Shown here: piece by piece, positions 24,846-33,115 of the stretch | Layout: each line of letters begins with the position of its first letter | Numbering within the stretch: the stretch's first letter is position 1 | Source: Planctomycetota bacterium | GTDB taxonomy: Bacteria; Planctomycetota; Planctomycetia; Planctomycetales; Planctomycetaceae | Assembly: GCA_029977045.1 (NCBI GenBank) | Contig: JAPOLP010000001.1 | Span: 1-33,115 of the forward strand | Direction of reading: 5' to 3' | DNA length: 33,115 nucleotides | Position numbers and translations under genes: made by a program | Notes under the pieces: model-generated | Databases searched by the model: none | What the model saw: the letters and a program-made list of their open reading frames with translations, nothing else | Told to the model about the DNA's origin: nothing

Positions 24846-26006
24846 CTACGGCTTTGACGGAAAAAGCAACGTTCCCAGTACCTGAGCGTACACCCGGTGC
24901 CCGAAGTCGTTCGGATGATTGACGCCGTTTCCGGTCAGGTCCCAATCCAGTTTCCGCTTCAGGAACTCCGTCCAGATCGACGTCATGTCCGCCAGCGCGA
25001 TCCCCGGTTCGGAGAGTTCAGCCAGCGCGTCGCGATACTGGGGAAACAGTTCCTGTTTGAGTCTCGTCCAGTCTTTGTTGCCCAGCATCGTGGCTACGAG
25101 AATGAACTCAGCCTCGGGAAGCTGCTCGCGAATCTTCGCAATGACCGCTTTCGTGTTTGCCTGGTACTCCGCTGCAGGCCGCCCGGCGGAATCGTTCATG
25201 CCGAAGGCCACGATGACCAGGTCCGGCTGGGGCTCAACAACTTTATCGATGGCCGAGAGCACCCATCGCGTGTCTTTACCACTGACCGATGGGTTCGTCA
25301 TGCGTACCTTCGTCCCGTAACGAGCCTCCAGGTGTTCCTGCAGCAGGCCAGGAAATGAAGGTTGAAACGGAGCCTCGCCTGCCCAGCCCGACGCATTGCA
25401 GCCCGCAGAGATGCTGTCGCCGATTAAGACGATTGAGACCGGCTCCTTCTGACGGAGCTTTCGGATCGTTCGCGGCAGTGCCTTCTCATCGAACTTCGGC
25501 GAGTGAGGAGTCCAGTCTTCCGGCTCGTGCTCGTACGTGATGCACGTCTGCATGTCGTGATACTCGAGCTTTGCTCCGAAGAAGATCTCGCCGTTGCCGT
25601 CGCGGTGAGTCAGCTGGTACTTCTGAGTGCCCGCCGGGCGTCGCAATTCAGCCGGGAGCCGTGACGTAATCCGCGAATCTGGCGGCAGCGTGATCTCGCG
25701 AGAGCCCGGCTTCCAGAGATAGTCACGGCCTTCTTCGTACGTAACGTCGCCTCCTGAATTTCGGACGCTCAGGATCTTCCGGATGGTAAACAGAACAGAA
25801 GCCTTCGCCTCGCCATTCGCGGTCTCGCGGATGAACAGGACAGACTCGCCTTCGATCCTGTCTCCCTGCCAGAAGGGCCTCAGGAGTTTCGAGTCGTACT
25901 TCCAGCGCGTCTCCGTCGAAGCGTCTTGAGCATGGGCTGGAGTGGCAGCCTGCAATGCTCCCACAGCCAGCATGGTTGCAGTGGCCAGGGTGACTGTCCG
26001 TGACAT
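24846..26006 (-). CDS. SGNH/GDSL hydrolase family protein with N-terminal accessory domain, exported
   Basis: ATG at 26006. Signal peptide MSRTVTLATATMLAVGALQAATPAHAQ. SGNH block I VLIGDSISAG, block III VAFGMNDS, block V NHPNDFGH. Confidence 0.85.
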   Translation of the reverse strand: MSRTVTLATATMLAVGALQAATPAHAQDASTETRWKYDSKLLRPFWQGDRIEGESVLFIRETANGEAKASVLFTIRKILSVRNSGGDVTYEEGRDYLWKPGSREITLPPDSRITSRLPAELRRPAGTQKYQLTHRDGNGEIFFGAKLEYHDMQTCITYEHEPEDWTPHSPKFDEKALPRTIRKLRQKEPVSIVLIGDSISAGCNASGWAGEAPFQPSFPGLLQEHLEARYGTKVRMTNPSVSGKDTRWVLSAIDKVVEPQPDLVIVAFGMNDSAGRPAAEYQANTKAVIAKIREQLPEAEFILVATMLGNKDWTRLKQELFPQYRDALAELSEPGIALADMTSIWTEFLKRKLDWDLTGNGVNHPNDFGHRVYAQVLGTLLFPSKP

Positions 26007-26058
26007 GTGCTGTTCCTTCTGAGGATTTCAATCAGAGAGTGGCCGGTAGAAACCGGAC

Positions 26059-27534
26059 CTACCTCGTCAACTTGCTGACCACTTGACCGGAGACGTCGGT
26101 AATTCGGAAGTCGCGGCCCTGGAAGCGGTAGGTGAGTCGCTCGTGATCCAGGCCAAACAGGTGCAGAATCGTGGCGTGCATGTCGTGGACGTGCACAGGA
26201 TCCTTCGCGACGCCCCAGCCGATTTCGTCGGTCTCGCCGATGACCTGGCCGCCTCTGACGCCGCCTCCTGCCAGCCACATGCTGAAGGAATACGGATGGT
26301 GGTCTCGGCCCGTGACCGTCTTGAAGTTAACGCGGTTTTCACCCAGCGGCGTGCGTCCGAATTCGCCACCCCAGATGACCAGAGTTTCGTTGAGCAGGCC
26401 GCGCTGCTTCAGGTCTTTCAGCAATGCCGTCACCGGCTGATCGGCGATCTGGGTGTACCGCTTCAGCCCGCTGTCCAGGCCGCTGTGGTGGTCCCAGGTG
26501 GAGAGAAACAGCGTCACAAAGCGCACGCCGCGTTCAATCATCCGGCGAGCGAGCAGACAGTTCCGTGCGTACGAGCCTGAAAAACCGGCGGTCGTTCCTG
26601 AAGTCACGTCCTCGCGGTTGACTCCGTAAGCATCCAGCGTCGCCTGCGTCTCACCGGAAAGGTCGAGCAGTTCGGGCGCCGTCTGCTGCATTCGAAACGC
26701 CAGCTCATACGCCTTGATGCGGCTCGCGACTTCCGCATTACCGGTCTGATCGAAGCGAAATCGATTCAGCTCATTGATTGCCTGCAGGCTGCGAGCCTGA
26801 ACGTCACGCGAGATGCCGTCCGGACTGGCAAGATTCAGAACCGGGCTCCCCTGATTGCGAAACAGGGTTCCCGCGTGCTGCGATGGCAGAAAACCACTGG
26901 ACCAGCTCGACGCACCGCCCGGCAGGCCGCGACCGAGCGTTGTCATCACAACGTAGCTCGGCAGGTTCTGAGACTCACTGCCGAGTCCGTAGTTCAGCCA
27001 CGAACCGAGTGTCGGCCAGCCCTGCAGTGGAGAACCGGTGAGCATCATCAGCTGGCCCGGCAGATGGTTGAACTGCTCGCAGTGCATTGACCGGACGAGT
27101 GCGATGTCGTCAACGCAGGTGCTCAGATGAGGCAGCAGGTCCGACAACTCCATGCCGCACTCGCCGTGCGGGCGGAACGTTCGCGGGCTGCCCATCAGCC
27201 GCGCAGTTTCCTTCTGGATGAACGCAAACTTGATTTCCTTGAGCACCGACTCCGGCATCGGCTGGCCATCGAGTTCCCTGAGCTTTGGCTTCTCATCGAA
27301 CAGGTCCATCTGACTTGGTCCGCCTTCCATGAAGAGGCAGACACAGCGTTTGGCCTTCGGTGCGAAATGCGTAAGCGGCTGCGGAACAGCCCCCGCCAGC
27401 AGGCCGTCGTCACGCAGCAGCGACGCCAGTGCCAGCGTCCCCAACCCGCTGGCTCCCGATGTAAAAAAGCGTCGCCGGCTCGCCGTGGCAAGGCTCAGTT
27501 CTTCCCGAGTTGATTGATGATTCATCGCTGACAC
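26059..27534 (-). CDS. DUF1501 domain protein with Tat-type leader
   Basis: GTG at 27534 or ATG at 27525 (MNHQSTRE...). Leader SRRRFFTSGASGLGTLALASLL. Blocks FMEGGPSQMDLFDEKP, WGGEFGRTP and GRDHHPYSFSMWLAGGGVRGG. It starts 6 nt after the stop of the PSCyt gene. Confidence 0.9.
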   Translation of the reverse strand: MSAMNHQSTREELSLATASRRRFFTSGASGLGTLALASLLRDDGLLAGAVPQPLTHFAPKAKRCVCLFMEGGPSQMDLFDEKPKLRELDGQPMPESVLKEIKFAFIQKETARLMGSPRTFRPHGECGMELSDLLPHLSTCVDDIALVRSMHCEQFNHLPGQLMMLTGSPLQGWPTLGSWLNYGLGSESQNLPSYVVMTTLGRGLPGGASSWSSGFLPSQHAGTLFRNQGSPVLNLASPDGISRDVQARSLQAINELNRFRFDQTGNAEVASRIKAYELAFRMQQTAPELLDLSGETQATLDAYGVNREDVTSGTTAGFSGSYARNCLLARRMIERGVRFVTLFLSTWDHHSGLDSGLKRYTQIADQPVTALLKDLKQRGLLNETLVIWGGEFGRTPLGENRVNFKTVTGRDHHPYSFSMWLAGGGVRGGQVIGETDEIGWGVAKDPVHVHDMHATILHLFGLDHERLTYRFQGRDFRITDVSGQVVSKLTR

Positions 27535-27540
27535 GGTCGC

Positions 27541-29973
27541 TTAGTCTCGCGTAATGAACTCGTCAAGATTCATGACGATTCGGGTAACGGCGGTCATCGC
27601 GGCGGCTTCTGCCTGCTCGCCGGTTGCTTCCTTACCGCCCTGCTCTGCCGACAGCCGCACGACATCCTGATACGCGGTCGTGAGGACGCCGCGTTCCGCA
27701 TCCGTCGGGTGCCTGCCGAGGCATCTCAGAAAGAGATCGTCAATTGCCGCGGAAAGATCGGCACCGTGCTGCTCGCGAAGTTGGTCGCCGAGGTTCTGCG
27801 CACATTCGTAAAAGACCGGATCGTTGAGCAACGTAAGTGCCTGCAGCGGAGTATTGGAACGCTCGCGGCGGCTGCACGAGATCGTCGAATCCGGAGCGTC
27901 AAACGTCATCAGCATCGGGTACGGCACCGTCCGTTTGAAGAAGATGTACATGCCGCGGCGGTAACGCTCGCTGCCCTGGCTGACCGGCCACTTCACGCTG
28001 CGGCCGACTTCCGTGACGAAGGCGGGCAGCGGTGGGCGAATTCCGCGTCGACCGATAGTGCGGTCGAGCAGTCCGCTGGCGGCGAGATGCAGGTCACGCA
28101 CAATCTCGGCACTCTCGCGGTAACTGTTCTGCCGCCACAGCAGCTGGTTGCCAGCGTCCTGCTGTCCCGGCACGGCGTTCGACCTCGAAGAAAGCCGGTA
28201 CGTCGACGAGGTGACGATCAGGCGAATCATCGCCTTACGGCTCCAGCCAAGCCGGCGGTACTCGGTCGCCAGCCAGTCGAGCAGTTGCGGATGCGTCGGT
28301 CGCGCCCCCTTGTTCCCGAAGTCGTTGGGAGTGGAAACCAGTCCCGTCCCGAAGAGGTGCTGCCAGATCCGATTGACGGCGACGCGTGCCGTCAGCGGGT
28401 TCTCTTCATGGAAGAGCCACCTCGCGAGATCCAGGCGATCCGGTTCGTCACTGCGAGTTTCGAGAGCCGGCAGAACGGACGGGGTACCTGGTCCGACCTG
28501 CTCTCCATGCCGAGTGTAGACGCCACGAATATGCACGAAGGTGTCGCGCAGGTCCTTCGTGCGTTTCGCGAATGCGCGAGCCTTCGTTGACGGCTTTGCC
28601 GGTTTCGTTTTGAGCTGTGCGTCGACGCGGGTCTTCAGCTTTTCCCATCCGTCGACCTCGGTCTGAAACAGTTCGAGCACCGGTTTCCAGTCGATGGAAC
28701 TGCCGCTGAGTGCTTTCGAAATGCTTGCCTGCTGCTCTGCGGTGAGACCGTCCTTCTCGAACCTCTGCAACTCGGCGACGAGTTTCTTCCACTCCGGCTC
28801 CCATGCCTGGGTGGCCGCCTCGTACTCGGCCACTTCCCACGGGCGAGTCACCGGAACGCCGACCTCGTCCGCGTTATTGAAGAACGCATACAGCCGGTAA
28901 AACTCAGTCTGGCTGATCGGGTCGTTCTTGTGCTCGTGGCATTCCGCACAACCGAGCGTCAGGCCGAGCCAGACCATGCCGGTTGTATTCACCCGATCGA
29001 CGATCTCCTTCGTGCGGTACAGCTCAAGATCGACGCCGGCTTCGGTGTTCCGCAACGTGTTGCGATGGAATCCCGTGGCAATCTTCTGGTCAAGCGTTGG
29101 TTCATCCAGCAGGTCACCCGCCAGTTGCTCGATCGTGAACTGATCGAACGGCAGGTCGCGGTTGATGGCGTCGATCACCCACTCGCGATAGACCCAGGCG
29201 TGCGGACGCAGCGCATCACCGAGATAGCCCTCGCTGTCTGCATAGCGAGCCAGGTCCAGCCAGTAACGCCCCCACCGCTCGCCGTAATGTGGAGATTCCA
29301 GCAGCCCATCAACGACGCGTTCGTACGCGTTGGGTTCTTCATCCGCGGCGAAAGCTTCAACCGCTTCCGGCGACGGAGGCAGCCCCGTGATGTCGAGGTA
29401 CAGCCGCCGAATGAGGGTCCGCCGATCCGCTTCAGGAGCGGGCTTGAGACCGGCCTCACGAAGCTTCGCCGCAATGAACGAGTCAATCGGGTTCCGAAGC
29501 CGCAGCGAGTCCGAAGCACGCTCAACGGTCGGCACATCTGGCCGAACAACGGGCTTCAGAGACCAGAGCGTCGGCGGTTCCAGCACTACGCCTTCAGGCC
29601 ACTGGGCACCACCAGCGATCCAGCGGCGCAGGATGTCGATTTCTTCGGGCTTCAGCGGTGGCTCACCCTGCGGCATCTCCGCCTCACCGTCGACGGGAAT
29701 CACAAGGTCGAGCAGATAACTCGATTCCGGATCGCCCGCTTCAATTGCCTGGCCGCTCTCTCCGCCTCGCCTGACGGCGTCCGCCGAGTGCAGCGACAGT
29801 CCGCCGCGTTGAACTCGCTCGTTGTGACACGCCAGGCACCGCTGCTGCAGAATCGGAGCAACGTCGCGACGAAAATCGACGGGAGCTTCGGCGGCTACAC
29901 TGTTGACTGCGGGCAGCACAACCAGGAGCAAAACCGCGATCTGCTTCGTACTGCCTGGCCAGATCGAAAACAT
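27541..29973 (-). CDS. PSCyt1/DUF1549/DUF1553 (PSD1) protein with c-type haem motif
   Basis: ATG at 29973. Signal peptide MFSIWPGSTKQIAVLLLVVLPAVNSVAA. CxxCH in DVAPILQQRCLACHN. DUF1549 block NPIDSFIAAKLREAGLKPAPEADRRTLIRRLYLDITGLPPSPEAVEAF. DUF1553 block GCAECHEHKNDPISQTEFYRLYAFFNN. Confidence 0.9.
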   Translation of the reverse strand: MFSIWPGSTKQIAVLLLVVLPAVNSVAAEAPVDFRRDVAPILQQRCLACHNERVQRGGLSLHSADAVRRGGESGQAIEAGDPESSYLLDLVIPVDGEAEMPQGEPPLKPEEIDILRRWIAGGAQWPEGVVLEPPTLWSLKPVVRPDVPTVERASDSLRLRNPIDSFIAAKLREAGLKPAPEADRRTLIRRLYLDITGLPPSPEAVEAFAADEEPNAYERVVDGLLESPHYGERWGRYWLDLARYADSEGYLGDALRPHAWVYREWVIDAINRDLPFDQFTIEQLAGDLLDEPTLDQKIATGFHRNTLRNTEAGVDLELYRTKEIVDRVNTTGMVWLGLTLGCAECHEHKNDPISQTEFYRLYAFFNNADEVGVPVTRPWEVAEYEAATQAWEPEWKKLVAELQRFEKDGLTAEQQASISKALSGSSIDWKPVLELFQTEVDGWEKLKTRVDAQLKTKPAKPSTKARAFAKRTKDLRDTFVHIRGVYTRHGEQVGPGTPSVLPALETRSDEPDRLDLARWLFHEENPLTARVAVNRIWQHLFGTGLVSTPNDFGNKGARPTHPQLLDWLATEYRRLGWSRKAMIRLIVTSSTYRLSSRSNAVPGQQDAGNQLLWRQNSYRESAEIVRDLHLAASGLLDRTIGRRGIRPPLPAFVTEVGRSVKWPVSQGSERYRRGMYIFFKRTVPYPMLMTFDAPDSTISCSRRERSNTPLQALTLLNDPVFYECAQNLGDQLREQHGADLSAAIDDLFLRCLGRHPTDAERGVLTTAYQDVVRLSAEQGGKEATGEQAEAAAMTAVTRIVMNLDEFITRD

Positions 29974-30013
29974 CGAAATGATTCCCTTGCGAACTTCGCC
30001 GCGTCATTCGTTT

Positions 30014-30075
30014 GTGGGGCAGGTTTTCAACCTGCCATTCTTCCTGGGATCTGGCAGGTTGAAAACCTGCCCCAC
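30014..30075. repeat. Perfect 23-bp inverted repeat with self-complementary arms (REP-like / terminator-like element)
   Basis: GTGGGGCAGGTTTTCAACCTGCC (30014-30036), 16-nt spacer, GGCAGGTTGAAAACCTGCCCCAC (30053-30075). Each arm is itself a hairpin (GGCAGGTT-TTC-AACCTGCC and GGCAGGTT-GAA-AACCTGCC). The element begins 18 nt beyond the C-N hydrolase stop and ends 40 nt before the PSCyt start on the minus strand. No T-run follows it. Confidence 0.6.
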
Positions 30076-30093
30076 GAAGGCCTCAGACAGATC

Positions 30094-31038
30094 TCAGTAA
30101 CCAGCTTCAATCGGATCAGTCAGGCGTTTGTAGAGTTCCGGTCGGCGTTGCTGGAAGTTCCGGCTGTACGCTCGCCGCTGCCGGATGCGGTTCAGATCGA
30201 GCGTCGCCGTGATGTACGACTCGGTCTTGTCCGGACAGTGCTGCAGAATCTGAGCCCGTTCGTCGGCGATCATCGTGCCGCTGCCGTAGGCCTGGTTGGT
30301 GGCGATCATGGCGACGTGACTCTGGAACGCGATCGACCTCACGATGAAGTCCTCAATCGAGCCGCCTCGGCCATTGACCCACACAATAAACTCCGCACCG
30401 TTGAGCGACAGGATCCGAGCAGGCTCGGGAAACCAGCCGTCGTAGCAGGTCATGATGCCGACCTTGCCGAAGTCAAACTCGAAGACCGGCAGTTTCTGGC
30501 CCCGCTGCATCGTCCACTCGGGATCGTTTTCGATGAACCAGGCCCGGTCCTTGCCCTGCAGCGGCTTCGACCAGGGAGGATCGCCCTCCCACTTGTCGAC
30601 GGCCGCGTGAGTCTTGTGGTACTTGCCGACGATCTTTCCGTCCCGTCCGAAGACGAGAGCCGTGTTTGCGTACTCGCCATCGTCGTATAGCTCCCAGCAG
30701 CCGACGATCACATAGATGCGATTCTTCGCCGCCGCTACAGCGATCTTCTCGGTCGTCGGCCCGGGAACTGGAATCCGCCCCAGCACATACTCGGGGAACA
30801 CAACCAGTTGAGCCCCGTCTTTCCCGGCACGGTGAATGTACGGGACGATCGCCTCAGTTGGATCGTAACCTTCCCTGGGCACATCGCCTTTGTCGTAACC
30901 GCTGATCTGTACGGCAGCCACTTTCACCTGGCCGGACGACTGCGGGTCGCTGCCCTCGGCCCCGTACGACAATGTGCCGAACGAGCCCGCCATGAAACCA
31001 CAAAGAAGAATAAGAAGCGTCAGCCGGATTGATGTCAT
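30094..31038 (-). CDS. Carbon-nitrogen hydrolase (nitrilase superfamily) with signal peptide
   Basis: ORF 30094..31182. The internal ATG at 31038 gives MTSIRLTLLILLCGFMAGSFGTLSYGAEG. Glu-Lys-Cys triad context: VKVAAVQI...LVVFPEYVLG, GKYHKTH, VGIMTCYDGWFPE. Stop TGA at 30096-30094. Confidence 0.85.
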   Translation of the reverse strand: MTSIRLTLLILLCGFMAGSFGTLSYGAEGSDPQSSGQVKVAAVQISGYDKGDVPREGYDPTEAIVPYIHRAGKDGAQLVVFPEYVLGRIPVPGPTTEKIAVAAAKNRIYVIVGCWELYDDGEYANTALVFGRDGKIVGKYHKTHAAVDKWEGDPPWSKPLQGKDRAWFIENDPEWTMQRGQKLPVFEFDFGKVGIMTCYDGWFPEPARILSLNGAEFIVWVNGRGGSIEDFIVRSIAFQSHVAMIATNQAYGSGTMIADERAQILQHCPDKTESYITATLDLNRIRQRRAYSRNFQQRRPELYKRLTDPIEAGY

Positions 31039-31114
31039 GTTAGAACTCTCATGCTGCTTTATCGCTGCACTGAAGAAACACGTTCGCGCCGCCGTTTCGT
31101 GGCCAGCACATTCG

Positions 31115-31126
31115 CACTGCGCAGTG
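31115..31126. promoter_or_regulatory. 12-bp perfect palindrome in the divergent C-N hydrolase / mmsA intergenic region
   Basis: CACTGC|GCAGTG at 31115-31126, which is 77 nt from the hydrolase ATG and 169 nt from the mmsA ATG. An operator role is only inferred. Confidence 0.25.
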
Positions 31127-31294
31127 TGAAGTCGAAGCTGCCATCCGTCGATGAAGCCGCGAGACTTTCGCACGCCGCACATTCACAGACGTCAAGCCGA
31201 CGGCTCCTGCTTCAGCTTTATTCGGGCGGCGTCTGCGATACAAACCACGACACAACTCCGGCAGATTCTCACGTACCTCAACGAGCAGGCACTC

Positions 31295-32764
31295 ATGATC
31301 CTGAAGAATTTCATTGGCGGCCAACTGGTTCCCTCCAGCGGCTCCCAGTCCGTCCCGGTTCACAATCCCTCAACGGGTGAAGTGATTGCCGAAACGCCAC
31401 TGTCGTCGGTCGCCGACGTCGAAGCGGCAGTCATTGCCGCCAGAAACGCTTTTGCCGGCTGGAGTCGAACGCCCGCTCCACAACGGGCGAGCGTCATGTT
31501 CAGCTATCGCAGCCTGCTGGAGGGCGACTTCGAGCAACTCGCGCGACTGATCACGCTCGAAAACGGCAAGACGATCGAGGAAGCACGGGGCGACGTGCGA
31601 CGAGGAATCGAAGTCGTCGAATTCGCCTGCGGCATCGCGCATCTGCAGAAGGGCGAGAGCCTGCCGCAGGTCGCCGATCAGATCGACGCCGTCACGCTGC
31701 GTGAACCACTGGGCGTCTGCGCTGGCATCACGCCGTTCAACTTCCCGGCGATGGTACCCATGTGGATGTACCCCGTCGCGATCGCGTGCGGGAACACGTT
31801 CATTCTGAAGCCCAGCGAGAAAGTCCCGCAGACAGCACTGCGGCTGGCCGAGCTGATGAGCGAAGCCGGCCTGCCCGACGGTGTGCTGAACGTCGTCAAC
31901 GGAGCTGCCGAAGTCGTCGACGCGTTGTGCTCGCACCGCGACATCGCGGCGATCAGCTTTGTCGGTTCGTCGAGCATCGCAAAGCACGTTTATCGACTCG
32001 GCACCGAACACGGGAAGCGGGTCCAGGCAGCAGGCGGCGCGAAAAACGTCCTGCTGGTCATGCCGGACGCCGAACCGGACTCGACGCTGCGAGCGGTCAT
32101 GGGCTCGTCGTTCGGCTGTGCCGGACAACGCTGCATGGCAGGTTCAGTCCTGATGGCCGTCGGCAAGCCAACCGCCGACGAATGGCGCGATCGAGTGACG
32201 ACAGCCATCAACGAGTACAACGTCGCGGACACAAGTGCCTGCGACAAATCCGACATGGGGCCGGTCATCAGTGCCGAATCACAGAGCCGCGTTCAACGGT
32301 ATCTCAGCCAGGCAGCAGACGAAGGAGCGTCAGTCGCCTGCGATGCCAGTTCACGGGCTCCCGATCGAGGCTTCTTTGTCGGACCTGCACTCGTCGATCA
32401 GGTGCAGCCAGGGATGAGCCTCTTCCGCGACGAAATCTTCGGACCGGTGCTGTCACTCGTGCGTCCCGAATCACTCAGCGAGGCCATCGCCATGATGAAC
32501 AGCCTGACGTTCGGTAACGGTGCGACGATCTTCACTTCGAGCGGCGCCGCAGCAAGACAGTTCGTCTCTGAAATGCAGTCCGGAATGATCGGCGTCAACG
32601 TCGGCGTGCCCGCTCCCATGTCGCTGTTCAGCTTCTCGGGCTGGAACGACAGCTTCTACGGCGACCTGCACGTCCAGGGGATGGAGGGCGTGCTGTTCTA
32701 CACTCGTCAGAAGTGCGTCCTGTCCCGCTGGGACGCCAGCTACGTCCGCGCGATGGGCTGGTAG
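31295..32764 (+). CDS. mmsA: CoA-acylating methylmalonate-semialdehyde dehydrogenase (aldehyde dehydrogenase family)
   Basis: ORF 31151..32764. The ATG at 31295 gives the family-typical start MILKNFIGGQLV. ALDH blocks FNFPAMVPMWMYPVAIACGNTFILKPSEKVP and DEIFGPVLSL. MMSDH-type catalytic Cys context FGCAGQRCMAGS and C-terminal GVNVGVPAPMSLFSFSGWNDSFYGDLHVQGMEGVLFYT. Confidence 0.88.
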   Translation: MILKNFIGGQLVPSSGSQSVPVHNPSTGEVIAETPLSSVADVEAAVIAARNAFAGWSRTPAPQRASVMFSYRSLLEGDFEQLARLITLENGKTIEEARGDVRRGIEVVEFACGIAHLQKGESLPQVADQIDAVTLREPLGVCAGITPFNFPAMVPMWMYPVAIACGNTFILKPSEKVPQTALRLAELMSEAGLPDGVLNVVNGAAEVVDALCSHRDIAAISFVGSSSIAKHVYRLGTEHGKRVQAAGGAKNVLLVMPDAEPDSTLRAVMGSSFGCAGQRCMAGSVLMAVGKPTADEWRDRVTTAINEYNVADTSACDKSDMGPVISAESQSRVQRYLSQAADEGASVACDASSRAPDRGFFVGPALVDQVQPGMSLFRDEIFGPVLSLVRPESLSEAIAMMNSLTFGNGATIFTSSGAAARQFVSEMQSGMIGVNVGVPAPMSLFSFSGWNDSFYGDLHVQGMEGVLFYTRQKCVLSRWDASYVRAMGW

Positions 32765-32805
32765 GTTTGCCAGATCGCGGCAGGACGACACGTTACGATC
32801 CTGTC

Positions 32806-32948
32806 ACCTCTCCCTCTGGGAGAGGTCGGCCTCTCAGAGCCGGGAGAGGGTTTGCACGGCATATCGTCTTGAAAAGGTGCGGAGATAGAACCAGGCAGTC
32901 CCCTCACCCGCGGCTGAGACCGCGACCTCTCCCGCAAGCGGGAGAGGT
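32806..32948. repeat. Three REP-like hairpins sharing the core CCTCTC(CC)...(GG)GAGAGG
   Basis: ACCTCTCCC-TCT-GGGAGAGGT at 32806-32826. CCTCTC-N8-GAGAGG at 32830-32849. ACCTCTCCCG-CAAG-CGGGAGAGGT at 32925-32948. They lie between convergent stops (mmsA 32764; minus-strand ORF 32960). ORF-track entries 32713..32991(+) and 32740..32937(-) are translations of this element. Confidence 0.6.
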
Positions 32949-32959
32949 AACAGCCAGAC

Positions 32960-33115
32960 TCACGCCAGCTCTCCCCAGAGGATCACGTTGAGGATCGGCC
33001 AGAGCCACATACCGGCGGCGGGGACGTTGCTGGCCAGTTCGTCGAGGGCTTCTGACCGAAAGATCTCACGGGCGAACGAGCTGCTGCGAAGTGTCTCGGC
33101 AGCCCAGTCCTGCCA
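32960..33115 (-). CDS. C-terminal 51 codons of an unidentified protein (gene runs off the right edge)
   Basis: The reverse complement reads WQDWAAETLRSSSFAREIFRSEALDELASNVPAAGMWLWPILNVILWGELA*, with TGA at 32962-32960. The frame is open to the window edge and the C-terminal stretch is hydrophobic. I recognised no family. Confidence 0.4.
   Translation of the reverse strand, partial: WQDWAAETLRSSSFAREIFRSEALDELASNVPAAGMWLWPILNVILWGELA

Noticed and set aside
28930-30690. A 586-aa + strand ORF spanning the PSCyt 5' end, the palindromic intergenic element and the C-N hydrolase 3' end.
   Set aside because: It is antisense to two well-supported genes, Arg/Pro-rich and without recognisable motifs. 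It is a typical long spurious antisense ORF of GC-rich DNA.

Overview
This is a GC-rich 33.1-kb window whose gene content is characteristic of Planctomycetota. It holds two DUF1501 genes, a PSCyt/DUF1549/DUF1553 cytochrome-c-domain gene, a BBP7 outer-membrane beta-barrel, an ECF sigma factor overlapping a receptor Ser/Thr kinase, several exported esterases and giant repeat-rich surface proteins. All domain calls are motif recognition by eye, not HMM or BLAST results. Gene order, left to right: (1) partial SGNH hydrolase (-) and SASA-type sialate O-acetylesterase (-); (2) orphan DUF1501 (+); (3) BBP7 barrel (+), then a 2,016-aa SdrD-B/DUF11 adhesin (+) containing ten exact 372-bp tandem units; (4) convergent receptor STK (-) and ECF sigma (-), joined by an ATGA overlap; (5) divergent Calx-beta/VCBS/cadherin-like/PKD/RTX mega-adhesin (+), which is one 6,978-nt reading frame broken by a single in-frame TGA at 18583-18585, followed by a strong intrinsic terminator; (6) a same-strand cluster of PSCyt, DUF1501, SGNH hydrolase and alpha/beta hydrolase (-); (7) a perfect 23-bp inverted repeat; (8) an exported carbon-nitrogen hydrolase (-); (9) an mmsA-like dehydrogenase (+); (10) REP-like hairpins and a partial ORF (-). 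I recognised no rRNA, tRNA, CRISPR array, transposase, integrase or reverse transcriptase. The best candidates for something undescribed are: (i) the ECF-sigma/receptor-kinase pair wedged between two giant Ca-binding adhesin loci, which it may control; (ii) the BBP7 barrel plus leader-motif adhesin as a possible export or anchoring module; (iii) the stop-interrupted mega-adhesin, whose stop is bracketed by in-frame direct repeats; (iv) the non-canonical R-rich...LExRxLLT N-terminal leader shared by both giant proteins.
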